DNA from: Hypanus sabinus
Taxonomy: Eukaryota
Length of the DNA: 64,000 bases
Assembly (NCBI RefSeq): GCF_030144855.1
Contig: NC_082721.1
Coordinates: 23,684,001-23,748,000 of the forward strand
Reading direction: 5' to 3'
Below, piece by piece: positions 12,783-24,700 of the stretch (its first letter is position 1; each line of letters begins with the position of its first letter). Both the position numbers and the translations under genes were made by a program. The notes beneath the pieces were generated by a model. That model was not told where the DNA came from and did no database searches. It saw only the letters and a list, made by a program, of their open reading frames with translations.

Positions 12783-15704
12783 CTTTAAATCATCAATTCT
12801 TATATCATGGCAAGAGTGAGCATAGTAACAAGGTGCTCATCCTGCATCAGTAAGCATAAATTTAGGTAGGAGTTCCAAGATGTGCCGTACCAGCTCTTCT
12901 GAAGAAGCACAATGGGCAAGGTTGAGGACCAGAAACACAATGGTCAGCCACGGAAACTGAATGCAACAGATGAGAGGAGCATCAGGCTGACGTCCCTTCT
13001 AAATCAGAAGTAGTACAGCATTGCTATCAGATCTGAACACACAGGAGCCACTGGAAACCAAGTACACCCCTCTGCAGTCTGGAGAAGTCTTGTCAGAAGT
13101 GGTGTTCATGGAAGAGTTGCTGCTTAAAAGCCATTCCTCTGAAGAGAAAACAAAGCCAAGAGACTCGCCTACGCATAAAAACACAAGGTCTGGGCGACAG
13201 AACAATGGTAGCAAGTGTTCTGAACTGACGTGTCAAAATTAGAAATCTTTGCACTGGAGAGTGTGACGTGGATGAGTATCTGCAGCCATTAGTGAAGCAC
13301 AGCGGAGGTTCCCGGCTGGTTTGGGGCTGCATTTCTGCACGTGGAGTTGGTGAACTGGTCAGAATTAATGGAATCCTCAATGCTGAGAAGTATAAATAGA
13401 TTCTCATCCATCACGCAATACTGACAGGGAGGTATCTGATTAGTCCCAACTTCATTCTGCTGCAGGACAATGATCCCAAACACACAAGGTAATAAAGAAC
13501 CATCATCAATGAAAAGAACAAGGAATTCTGCCACAGATGGTATGGTCCCACAACGTCATCGAGGCTGTCTGGGATGAAGCAAGTGAGACAGCTAAAGTCT
13601 GCATAAGAACTGTGGCAAGTTCTCTGAGATGCGTGGAGCTACCTACCAGCCAATTTTCTTATAAAGCTGCACGACAATATATCTAAGAGAATTGATGCAG
13701 TTTTAAAGTCACACCAAATATAGATTTGATTTAGATTTTTACTGTTTATTGCTCTTTATAGTAATTTTTTTGATATTTAGGAACTTTTCATTTCATTATT
13801 TTTGGAAGCATCTTTGCTTTTTGAATTGTTTTTACATGTGCCAAAGACTTCTGCACAGTACAGTAGAACGGGGATAAAATAAAATATAGTCACTTATTTC
13901 TAAAAGGCAGGCCATGTTTAACCAAACTTACTGAATCCTTTGAAGGCATAACACAAAGGTTAGACAGAGACATTGCAGAGTGTTTAGAATTGAAGAACGA
14001 TAGGCACAGCATGATGACTCGTTAATAGAATTTATCAGTTAATCCTGCTCCTGTACACTCTCACCTGAGTGCGATGAATGATTTTCCTTGCAATTATTAA
14101 CCACCTAATTTTCTTTTTGTTTGGAATTGCATCTGCTTTCAACACTTCTTCACATATGATATATTTGGATTTTCAGGAACTGCCACATCAGAGATCTATA
14201 ACAGATTGACCAGAGTCAGGAGCAGATAGAAAAAACTGAAAATTTGTTACAAAAGAAAATAATGGGGTGTAGTGATCATTGTTACTGATGGACAAAGTAA
14301 GAAATAACAACATAATTGGAAAAAGTGAAGAGAAGCAATAAAAAGGTACAAGGTGAGTTGAATGAGTTGAGGCAGTAATAAGAACTAAAAAGTGAGGTGA
14401 CTCAGTTTGGGAGGAAAAATAGAATAGCAATTTACTTATTCTTTGGAAAGTTAAAATCTTAATAGAGTGAAAGAGAAAGTGAGATTTATTTCTGAGAATA
14501 TGACTTTGTAAATTGCTCTTTGTCCATGAAGTGTGCACAGGATGTACTGGGTATTTGCTTTTAGAAAGATAAGCAACAGTGGTGTTAAGTGATGTTTAAA
14601 TTTGTGGTGAAATTTTGTTAGAAGAGATATGGAGCATGAGGAATCTATTGTCCATATTACTAAAAAGGATATTGAAGCAATGGTCAGTTATAAGTCTTGC
14701 ATAAACTTGGTTTGTGGTTATGAAGGAAAATTTTACTGTAACACATTGCATGACCTACCAAATACTTCTATGCTGGCAACAGGCAAGTTAGAGCTGCACA
14801 GTGGATACTTTCCAAGTCAACTTGGATTAGGATATCGTTGACAGACTATTACACACTTCATGACACAAGTGCTCTTGAAAAGTGGGATTTTTGGAAGGCA
14901 ACCCACAGTTGAATACGATTGTTCTAAATGGGTATAAGTAGCCCAGTCCCCTGTCTCATTTCTATTTTATGTAAAGCATATCAGGAGGGATGCAAGTGGT
15001 GAATGCCGACAGAAGGAACACTCAGATTAAAGCCTCCCTGGACAATGTTGCCATTTTCTGCTCTGATCTAAATTGGCGAGCAGACTGATGGGCACCTGTA
15101 ACCACTGTGAACTTGCCTTGGGGTTGTGGGATTGACTTAATTTTAACAAAAGAGGGGCTATATTCATTTTGCAAATAGCCTGATCAATCCTTTGCCTCCT
15201 TCACTAACATGTCCATTTTAGCTGCTGGTAATATGGTTCTGAAGAGCTGGTGCATATGCCAGAAACAGGATGGGAAAGGGGTATAAGCAAGATGAAACAG
15301 AAACCAGGATTGTGGAAATTATAATCTCTATGTGGGAAGGAATATGTGACCAGATGTAACTGTTGCTATGTAGCTGAGAATCAAAAATCTAAAGATTTTT
15401 GAAATCCAAAATAAAATAGGCAGTGGTAAAATAATCCTGAACACTGCATTCTGTGTGCTGATTCCAGGGAATCACAAAGAGGTGAACATCATCCGCTGCT
15501 GAATGATGTAGGGTCTCTAAGTTTTCACTTTTGATTCTCATTTTATATGTGCTGCGTGAACTCAAGAGTGTCTCCTTCATTTTCTGTTTTTGTTATTTTA
15601 TCTGGAAATCAAAAAATGACCTTGTCCACGGATATGCAGTGTACAGATTGTTTGGCTGGGCCATGAAGGGTTTTCCATGAACAGCAAGAGCAACAGCAGC
15701 ACCA

Positions 15705-16020
15705 CACACTGCTCTTGGGATGGCTGTGGTGCATTTGAGATGGTCATCTATCTCCTTTTGGAATGTGCGGTTGCCAAGGGGGTCTGGAAAGAGCTGCCAT
15801 AGTCATTGTCAAGGCTCATCCCAAACAGCTCCATAATGCAGAATTGTGATCTACAGGCTGTTCCGGAGGAAACACCACCTGCTGCCCTGAGATTTTCAAT
15901 TCAATGAAGGATGTCCTCTTGTCCATGCAGACCTTCCAATGCAAGGCCTGACTATGAAAGAATATTATGCGGTGATGCATTCTAAGTACAAGATCACATG
16001 CTGGGCGGGTGACCAGTTGA
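15705..16020 (+). mobile_element. Tx1/L1-clade LINE ORF2 C-terminal fragment
   Basis: Reads HCSWDGCGAFEMVIYLLLECAVAKGVWK, a decayed C-terminal CCHC knuckle of the CPxxGCGxxETxxHLLxEC..VW type. Confidence 0.65.
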
Positions 16021-16320
16021 AGCTTGATGCAGCCATCACACAGCCCCTTCCCCCCAAGTAAATAAATATTTAACAAAACTGCCTGTCTGAAATAAAAACT
16101 GGATATGCTGGAAACTCTTCGCATTCAGGCAGCTTCTATGGAAAGAGAAACAATCCATATTTTAGACCAAAGATCTTTGCATACTTCTCAGACAATTTGC
16201 TCAAGGAATGTATGTAAAGGAACATTGATGTCAGGCAGATGTGGTGTAAATTAAATAATCTGGCTTGAAAATATGACTGAAAATTACAATGTGTGTAAAA
16301 CATCAGGGATGACATTATTA

Positions 16321-17045
16321 TGTTTTGTAACTCCAAAACTAACCAAAATTAAAACATGGGACAGCTTGGGATAAAGTCATGTACTTTATCTTAACTTTAA
16401 GCAAGGCTTGCAAATATGATGTGGCCTAATGACATATGCCATTTATATACTTCTACATATAATCTGCAATGCATTATGTATACAACAAACAAATTTACAA
16501 TATTCAGATATTACTGATATTCAATAAACACTGCTCCCTGCTTAGCTATATAAACTCCCAACTTAATATAGAATGTATCTCAACCATATACATAGTGTAC
16601 TATATAATACATTACTATATAGACAACCACAGCATAGTAACATTTAAATTGTCCCATTGAGACCTAAGATTTAATTGCTGTGGATAGCATCTTTCCTGAC
16701 AAGGGAGGGGATTCTGCTTGACAGGTGAGATTTGTGGCTGTGAAACTGTCTCAGGTTCTGCGGCCTCCTCTATGGTGGTTGTAGGAGTTGACTCTGTGAC
16801 CACAGGAAGTGGTTTCGACAGCTGTGAATACCTTACTTTATGTTGGCATCCTGAACAGTGCACAGCAAGCTGCTCGATCTGCTGATCTATCCCAGGCTAC
16901 GGGACAAAGCTTCAAGCCAACACTTTAATTTTGACCATGCCTAGATGGCTGGCATGTAGCTTCTCCAACACTTTAGATCTCAGCTTGGATGATATAGCTA
17001 CTCTCAACCCCCACATAAGGCACCCTCTGTCAAGGGCAAGTTCAT
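16321..17045 (-). mobile_element. Gypsy LTR retrotransposon remnant (integrase Zn finger, pol end, PPT, one LTR)
   Basis: Minus strand ~16845-16960 reads HASHLGMVKIKVLA*SFVP*PGIDQQIEQLAVHCSGCQ (HHCC integrase domain). The ORF-track peptide ends ERCYPQ. Purine tract AAGCAGGGAGCAG abuts a ~210-bp LTR at 16321-16530 bounded by TGTTT...AAACA. Confidence 0.85.
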
Positions 17046-19299
17046 TGTTGATTGAATTCTTTCTAAAACTAACTGATTTGTGCTGAAGTAGTCAATTTCA
17101 AACTTTTCATCCTCAGCTTAGTTTTCTTATTGTGTGTTGGGATACAACTACAGGTATTTAAGAAAACACTTTTGAGTGGCCACTCTTTCTACTATTAAAG
17201 CAGCAAGTATCATGAAACCAAATGAATGATTATTTTTGGATGCTGATGATGAACATCTATGATTAGACAATCAGGTGGCTCAGTCAAGCGGATGCACTGG
17301 TTGATTATCCTTTTCCCTAATGTGGTCACCAAGGCAAATGAGGGTTTTGGCATCTTGAAATGGTGAACCTTTGTTTTTGGTGTTTTACTCAGATCCTTTG
17401 ATTCTGCCCCTTTTGTGTGCTCCAGTTCATTTTATTTTATATTTATTGTGATTTGAAATTAAATTTAACAGATGCCAGAATAAGAGCTTTAGTGGTGATT
17501 TGTGAGCAAGTCACAGAGCTATTAGATATGTATACATCTTTTGAAATGCATTCACTGTAATCTGCAGTCCGAAATTTCTCTTCAGGTAAGTACTTTGGAA
17601 CCGTCAAAACACACACTAGCATTGAGCACATTTACAATGAGCACTGCCACATGAAAGCAGCGTTCCAGTATCCAAGAGGTCACAAAATAATTGAATCATT
17701 ATTTAATGTTAGGAAACTTCATGAACAGTTCAAATTGAAGTTTACATTTTATAGCCTCTAATCTGTATAAAAGCTCCTGCTTCATCTCCCCCACTCCCCT
17801 TCCTCCCCTTCTACTCCTAGAAACCTTTTTGGCTCTTTGCATTCTCTATTAAAACAGACTGATTGAAACTGAGGCCAAAGTGATGTATGGAATGGAAATT
17901 ATTATCTGTCTCTACAGTGTTTCTGCAATAAACATGACCATTCTTTGAATGTTGATCCTTTTTCCCCTAAGTATTTTTAATACTTGCCAAGATAATAGAG
18001 TCCTGCCTATGATTTACATAACATTTATCTGTCAGCTATTATCATGAAAGAAAAAATTTAATGGTTACTTAGCTCATTGTGGATTTTTGAAGTGTGCGAT
18101 TTCTTTTTGTAGTGATTGCACTTTTGAGGTCATTTAATGGATGTAAACAATTGCAGTAGTGTGCAGGATCTATGCAAATATGCCCTCCCAATTTCCATTT
18201 CAAAAAAAATCTTAAGTCCAATAAATGCCACAGAACTTTGCAAAACAAATGTTATTTTGCTCCTAACCTCATGAATAATTTCTGCAGAAAAATATTGTTT
18301 AGATTAGTTAAATTTTTTGTGCAGAATTTTTAGTTTCCTCAGTGTATGTAATATCCTCTAGTGCTCAAGTCCATGTGGTTAAAAGAGTGAAGGTGTTCCT
18401 CTCTCTTGGTGCCTGTAGTTGTCTGAAGGCTTATTACCAACATGGAAGTGGGCTATTCAATCCAACAGATCCGTGCTCTAAGGTTGTCTGCTTCCTTCTC
18501 CATCCAGCCATATGGTATGTTTGTGAATTTACAGCAGACTCTGGATGATAATTAAAACGAGGAACCAAATCAGAGGCACTCCCTTCTTTAAACAAAAATA
18601 TACTGGAAACCAGAGCATTTGTTATTGAAGTAAAGTGAGCTGGTGTTGCTGTCTGAACATTTATTGGCCTGAAAGAATAGGAAGTGTTCTGTGATCATTT
18701 AGATTTGGCAACCGTATTTAATCTGTGTTTGTGTATGAAATAAGCAATATTTTCATACATGTTTGTAGTCAAATTAAACCGCACGCTTTATTTGTTTTTC
18801 ATACTGTATCTTAAATAAAACTGAATATGAAGTTGTGTTGGTTCAGGACATGTGGAAAGTGTGAGGTGCTGTGTTGAAAAATGGTCTGTTCCCAGTTGGT
18901 CAGATGGCATGACTCAGTGATTTATAATGGCAGCACATGTGAGACCCAGAATAACTAAATGTGATAGACAGGTGCTGATATTGGAGAAGTAGTATTCCAG
19001 ATAGAGCAGTGATAACAGGGTAACTGGACTACAAGCCATTGTAAGTGTATGTTAACAGATTGAGCTGGAGTGACTAAATCCTGCATAGAGTTTGTTACGT
19101 AAAGTTATTGTTTGGGAAGAATAGCTTTTTGAAATCACCTTTTCTTAACTTTTCATAGTTGTTAAAGGTGTTAACTCTACTTTTCTCCCTGAAATATTCC
19201 AACAAGCCACTCGGTTACCTCAGTGTTACCAAACAATACTACAATAATATAGCCAAAATGACTACCTAGCATCCTAAACACTAGATTAGGACATGACAG

Positions 19300-19805
19300 A
19301 GGATTCAAAGTACATTTATTATCAAAGTATGTATGCTGTGTACAACCTGGAGATTCATCTTCTCCACAGACACCCACAAAACAAAGAAAACCATGGAATC
19401 TGTTCAAAGAAAAGCATTACCCACCCCATGCACCAAAAAAAACCAAATCATGCAAACAGCAACAAGAAGGAAAGAATGAAAACACAGAATATAAAACACA
19501 AACTCATCCATATTCAGTTCATCTCAGTGTTCATTATCTACAGGCCACCCCATTTCAAAGTCCAATCGACAAGCCACAGACCCAGAACTTCGGTACCATC
19601 CTCCGACATCATTGAGGGAGAGAGAGAGACCAGTCAAATGCAGGGGCTTTCCCTCAGGAGCAGCGAGCGAGAAGGAAAGAGAGGGACCGTCATACACAGG
19701 CATCTTCCTTTGGCAGCAGTGAGTGAGAGGCTGGTATCCAGCGCTGAACACTCGCTTGCCTTATGCACTCACCTCGTTTCAATCTTCCTTGACACCTCAG
19801 GAGTC
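19300..19805 (-). mobile_element. Non-LTR element 3' portion (aataaa...tttgaa tail family)
   Basis: gattcaaagtacatttattatcaaag is the reverse complement of the tail type seen on + at ~11150-11230. A related minus copy lies at ~62235-62400. Confidence 0.5.
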
Positions 19806-19809
19806 TGAA

Positions 19810-20017
19810 CACCTCATTCAATGGTTCATGAACAGCTTCTTCTCCTCTGCCATTATATTTTTGAACAATCTATGAACCCAAGACACTATCTTGTTATATT
19901 GTTTATTTATTTATTTTTGTACCTTATAGTAATTTTTATGCCTTGCACTGTATTGCTGTGCAAAACAACAAATTTCATGAGATATGCCAGTGACAATTAA
20001 TCCACTTCTGATTCTGA
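19810..20017 (+). mobile_element. Rex1/Babar-like LINE 3' end
   Basis: NSFFSSAI.FLN-like relic, then a 3' UTR ending ttctgattctga. The same tail occurs in reverse at 63122-63205. Confidence 0.65.
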
Positions 20018-20201
20018 CCTCTCAGTGTCACTCCAGTGCTAATGGTCTAGATCTGGAGACCATTGTTTCGTAGATTGCCATCGTGACTGGGAGTTCTGGC
20101 TCCTTGCTACTCTCACCATTGACTTATGGTCACCTTTCGGCCTGAGTCAAACATCAAACCTTGAGAGTTGAATGTAGTTTCTAGGTTCATATTTTTATTT
20201 A

Positions 20202-21205
20202 CAGTGGATTCTGGTTAATTGGGACACATCAGGGGCCAGTACGTTTTGGCCCAATTAAATAGATGCTCCAGTTAGCTGAAGTTTCATGGAAATAGTTAAA
20301 AAGATATTTTTAAAAAAGGCAAACTACCATTTAACTGAATAACAAATGTACATAATTAAATGAAATATAGAATAAATTAGAACACTACCAATACTACTAC
20401 AGTACTGTAAAACTATGTATTGCTTCTTATCGACAAGGAAATTCATCCAGTGTGCACGGACGGCCCTGTTCTTTGATTAACTGTAAATGAACAAAATCAG
20501 CACAGATACCTAATACCACGGATAATGGACTGCCTTCAAACAACGCTTTTAACAATTGCGACTTACAAATCTTCATTTTTGTTGTAACACTCAAGATGAT
20601 TGTAAATAATTTCAAATTCTTCTTAGTTCATAACTTTGAAGTAGTGAAATCACTTCACTCATAGCAATATCTGGCATCTCCAAGCCTGAATGCTTGAAAT
20701 TGCAATAGAAAACAAAAGTTTTGAATGGTCATACTGCTTGTTTCTTGCCAATTATCAGTTATAAAAATCACTGCTTTTTGAACACGCAATTGATGCTATT
20801 TGAAAACTGTTTGCTCTAAACAAGATGCAACATCTATGGGCCACACAAATGTACAGGACTGACACTAGTTAGAAGCTATTCGGCAACAGTCTCCTGTTGC
20901 TTCTAAATAAGAAGAAGAATAGCCCTAAACTCGGTAGTGGAGTTATCGGGCCACTGTCATTACGGTGTTTCTGTAGGCAAGCTATTCTCATTTTTACCCA
21001 ATCCGACTTGGATTCGGACCCGGGAACCCTCGCTCCAGAGTCTGGTGCTGATATTATTGTGCCACCAAGCGGGACTGCTCCTAAATAAGCAGCAAATAAA
21101 TAAAGGCAATCACAGTTATTTTCTCAATTAGTTTTTGTTCTTGATTTGTTCCCAAATCAGTAGCTGTTCCAGTTTATTGATGAACCAGTTAACCAGAATC
21201 CACTG
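20202..21205. mobile_element. Tigger/pogo-type non-autonomous element
   Basis: 17-bp perfect TIR CAGTGGATTCTGGTTAA / TTAACCAGAATCCACTG, with TA at 20200-20201 and 21206-21207. Confidence 0.9.
20912..21075 (-). mobile_element. Short tRNA-derived SINE nested in the Tigger-like element
   Basis: 14-bp TSD TGCTTCTAAATAAG (20898-20911) / TGCTCCTAAATAAG (21076-21089). Minus-strand A-box-like TGGTGGCACAATAAT, B-box-like GGTCCGAATCC (21010-21020) and a (TTC)n tail. Confidence 0.85.
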
Positions 21206-21510
21206 TAGTTAAAAAGGTATTTAAAAAAAGGCAAACTACATTTTAAATGAGTAACAGATTATATATTTTAATGAAATACAGAGCAAATTAGAACACTACC
21301 AACACCTTACAGTACTATAGAACTGTGTTAATTCCGAATAGTTATCGACATAGGAATTCTTTAGATTGTAATGAAAAAAATCAGCGCAGACACTTAGTGC
21401 AGATACCTTCATGCTGCCTTCGTACAATGCTTTCGATGATTGCATCTTCCAAATCTTCATTTTCAATGCAGCATTCAAGATGATTGTCGTTGCTTTTGAA
21501 TTCTTTGTTG
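21206..21510. mobile_element. Second, truncated copy of the Tigger-like element interior
   Basis: Diverged direct repeat of ~20293-20625 (tagttaaaaag..aaaggcaaactac...aaattagaacactacca...aaatcttcatttt...caagatgattgt). Confidence 0.8.
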
Positions 21511-21519
21511 TTCCCAGCA

Positions 21520-21735
21520 ATGAGCCGCACTGCCCAGCAACCTGCAAGGCTAATCATAGGACAAATTTACGATAACTTATTAACCTACTAATCGGTACAT
21601 CTTTGGAATGTGGGATGAAACCGGAGCATCTGGAGAAAATCCATGCATTCACAGGAAGGAATGTACAGATTCCTTGCAGGAGGCTGTTGGAATTGAACTC
21701 CGAACTCCGACACCCCAGGCTGCAATAGTGTTGTG
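21520..21735 (-). mobile_element. V-SINE/HE1-like SINE
   Basis: gtacatctttggaatgtgggatgaaaccggagcatctggagaaaatccatgc core and ggaattgaactc B-box-like segment. Confidence 0.75.
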
Positions 21736-24700
21736 CTCAAGGGTAGAGAGGGTTCCAAGGGAGAACCACCTTCAAGGAAAGAATTGTCTTGCATATGAGA
21801 TTTTGACCATGGCCCCATGTGTCTCTGCGGTGAAAAATCATATCCTAATTCAAAATCAGAAACCTAAATTCTATCTCATAGATTATCTTGCTACTGTTTA
21901 TGAGATCACTTTGGCAGCTGTGTTTGCTGATGTTTCTGCAGTAACTAGGCTTCTATTGTACTACTTTAGCATGTGAGGTTTTTAGGAATGTCATGCAGTT
22001 ATATGTACAGTATTTAAATGCACGTTATGTGTGTTTCAGGATTTTTGAATTAACAATGTTGTGTATTTGTATCATTGTTTCTGAGTTGAATTTCATTGTT
22101 TATGCCATAATTGATATAACTCTCGGATGACACGATTTAGTAATGTAAACTCTGAATTGCCACTTATTCTTTTTCCCCTGGGTATTTTAATTGCTTTCAC
22201 AGCAAAATAGGAAGTATTATTGGATGCAGATTTTAAAGTTAAATTTTCTTTGGGAGCTTTCCAGCTGAAATTTCAGGGAATTCAAGGGTTTAAAAGCAGT
22301 GAGAGAATGGGGTGGCGCCAGATTGCTTTCAAGCCCCTACAAAGGCTGATTAAAAGTTCATTGAATGAGTTTCCTTTCTTTGTGTTTGGGTTCCTTTTGG
22401 AACAGGATGAATGAAGTTGTTGAGATGAGTGATTACCAATGGCACAGAGTCACAGTGTTGTACAGCAGGGAAAACAAACTCTGTCCTACACACTCATTCC
22501 AGCCATCAGACACTCATCTATACCAATTCCAGCTGCCTGTCAAATCCCCCTCAACTGTACCTGATTCTTCTGCCACCAAACTAAAGTAGGGGCAGTTTAC
22601 AGTTGCTGGTTACATTTATCTATATAAAATATACTGAAGTAGCTTTTTGAGTAGAGTGCTTTGCACCATATGATGACTTCTATCTGTGGTTGTGGTTTTT
22701 GGAGATCAGACAACTTATCTCCAGTACATTGCTGCAATAGTTTGTCCACTCCCCTGCTATTCAGAATCTTTCCCTAAGCAGACTGTTTAAACAATTAAAT
22801 TTCTTGCTGATCGTTCTAAAACTGTGTTTGCCCAATCTCAAGGATCTTCACATTTGACACATTCAATTAACGTGTTTCACTGGTTTAATCTGGATTTCTT
22901 AACTCATCTAGATAGTGTGGTGTGCTGTTGCTTATGCTTATAAGGTGGTCTGGCTAGGACGTCAATGAAATTTACCCCACAGAAGTCTACTACTTCAAAA
23001 GGCTGGAATGTAAGCTCTTGGGTTTTTTGGATGGAAATGCTGACATTCATTCTGGTATTGTTGGGTCCACATGGTTACTTAAATGATCAACAGACTATTG
23101 TTTGTATCCAAACTTGGAAAAGCTTTAGTGAATTGGCAAAATTTAATGTGACAAGCTGTAAAGAAATTTGATTTATTACCTTAATCATTATAGAGGAGTG
23201 AATAAAAGTGTAGATTTAACTTCAGCATATGGTGAAATTTAAAGAAAAACACAGGCTAGTATCCCTTCATTCCCAGTTTGTAAGCAGTGAACGTGCAAGG
23301 TAGAACTCTTGCAATAAAGCTTCTGAATTGCTCGCTCCCTATCCTCCCACCAAAACACATTCAGGCACAAATATCGGGTGGCCAAAGGTACCTCTTCCTC
23401 TCAGCAGCTTCGTGATGAAGTAATACAGTATTTGGATCCACTCATGTTACATAAGTAATGGCAGCCTGTCGTGCAGGAGCTCCCATTGCTCATCTAGTTA
23501 CGTTGCAGAGGGGAAGCGTGCTCATTGTGCACTTTTTTTTATTTTGACAGATTCCTCAGAGTACGATGCAGGGTTTGGTCAACTGCCAACAGCAGCTGGA
23601 TGACTGCATTCTTTTTGACAGCTTTGTTTAACTAAATTTTCTTTGCCACATTTGCCAAAGAAAAGTGCTCAGTGATTGGTTTGTGACTTAACACAGATCC
23701 CAGCATTGGCTCTGAACTGAATTGAGTAGATGATGCACCTTGACTGAGCCTCACGAATATAACAGAAAACAATGATTATTCATGAACTTCTTCAAAGGAC
23801 TACTGAGGATTGTAATAACCCAAGATAAGAGCAGAATCGTCATGCAGAGAGTACTGTAGTTGTAAAGTGATATTCCAGTAAACCCAGTCCAATATTTTGC
23901 TGTTGGAATTTGTAGAATGATTCAGCTCATGAGGAAATGACCGTTTTGCTTAAGTTGGGTCTCAAGAAGAACTATTCTCACTCCCCTTAGTTCTTTTCCA
24001 ATGCCATAATTTCACCCCATTTTGTTCTACTTTAAAGTATCTTTTAGAAAATTACTGTTAGATCTACTTCCAACAACTTTTCTTTAGTATATCATGATTA
24101 CAATCTTAAAAAAAACTTCTTTCTTGCTCTGTCATCCTGCTGCCACTTAAATAAATCTTCGTTATCTCCCCACTGGTTCTTTTGCCACTTAAATCCATAT
24201 CCCTATGAAACTCCCTGCCTTTGGAAAAGGTTGCTCATAATTTGCAACTTCAAAACTTATTTTTTGAATACCTGTATTAAGTCTAACCTTAATGTGGTGT
24301 GATGTAACGAGAGCGTAATCTCAACATAGATCCATTAAGTGCAGCCTTCGCTTTAGTCAGATTATCTTTTTTGTTTTCTAATTAATCAATCCAGTGAAAT
24401 TCAAGCCAGATATTCCCTGGAAAAAATTAGTGCTTTGGGACTACTAATGTGGTTCGAGTATGTGTAACTTAGCTTGACTGATGTTGTCAAGCTCAGTGCT
24501 CTGAAAGTGTTGTAACTGTTTCTTAAGTAGGAAGAAAGTGCTGTGAAGACTACCCCTGGATATTTGTACAGCTAGAAAGAGAGCATGTTCATTTGCCTTC
24601 TCCCCCCCCCCCCCACCGAGAGCATTTGGAGTAAATATTTTGGCATCAAAATTAAACATTCAAAAAGAACAATAGTGAATGATTTTTGTCCAATCATTGT

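Larger units (their letters stand above)
12093..13863 (+). mobile_element. Tc1/mariner DNA transposon with both ends and decayed transposase
   Basis: TIRs CAGTACTGTGCAAAAGTCTTGGGTAC / GTGCCAAAGACTTCTGCACAGTACAG, flanked by TA at 12091-12092 and 13864-13865. Internal relics VKHSGGS..VWGCIS (~13292) and LQDNDPKHT (~13460). Confidence 0.9.
11700..14000 (+). mobile_element. Degenerate CR1 LINE ORF2 fragment interrupted by a Tc1 element
   Basis: An NPGNYRPVSLT-like relic (aattcagggaactagaggtcagttagattaaca, ~12020-12052) lies before the Tc1. KGRPCLTKLTESFEGITQRLD (CR1 KGRSCLTNLLEFFE-like, ~13903-13965) follows it. Confidence 0.65.

Noticed and set aside
19095-19102. Perfect TTACGTAA palindrome (also at 11816-11823)
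   Set aside because: Isolated 8-mers are expected by chance in AT-rich 64 kb, and one lies inside a CR1 relic.
19293-19808. 171-aa + strand ORF
   Set aside because: Antisense to a repeat 3' UTR, with low-complexity A-rich codons and no domain.
21000-21075. Possible tRNA gene
   Set aside because: B box is mutated, there is no convincing cloverleaf, and it sits in a TSD-flanked tailed insert, so it is a SINE head.
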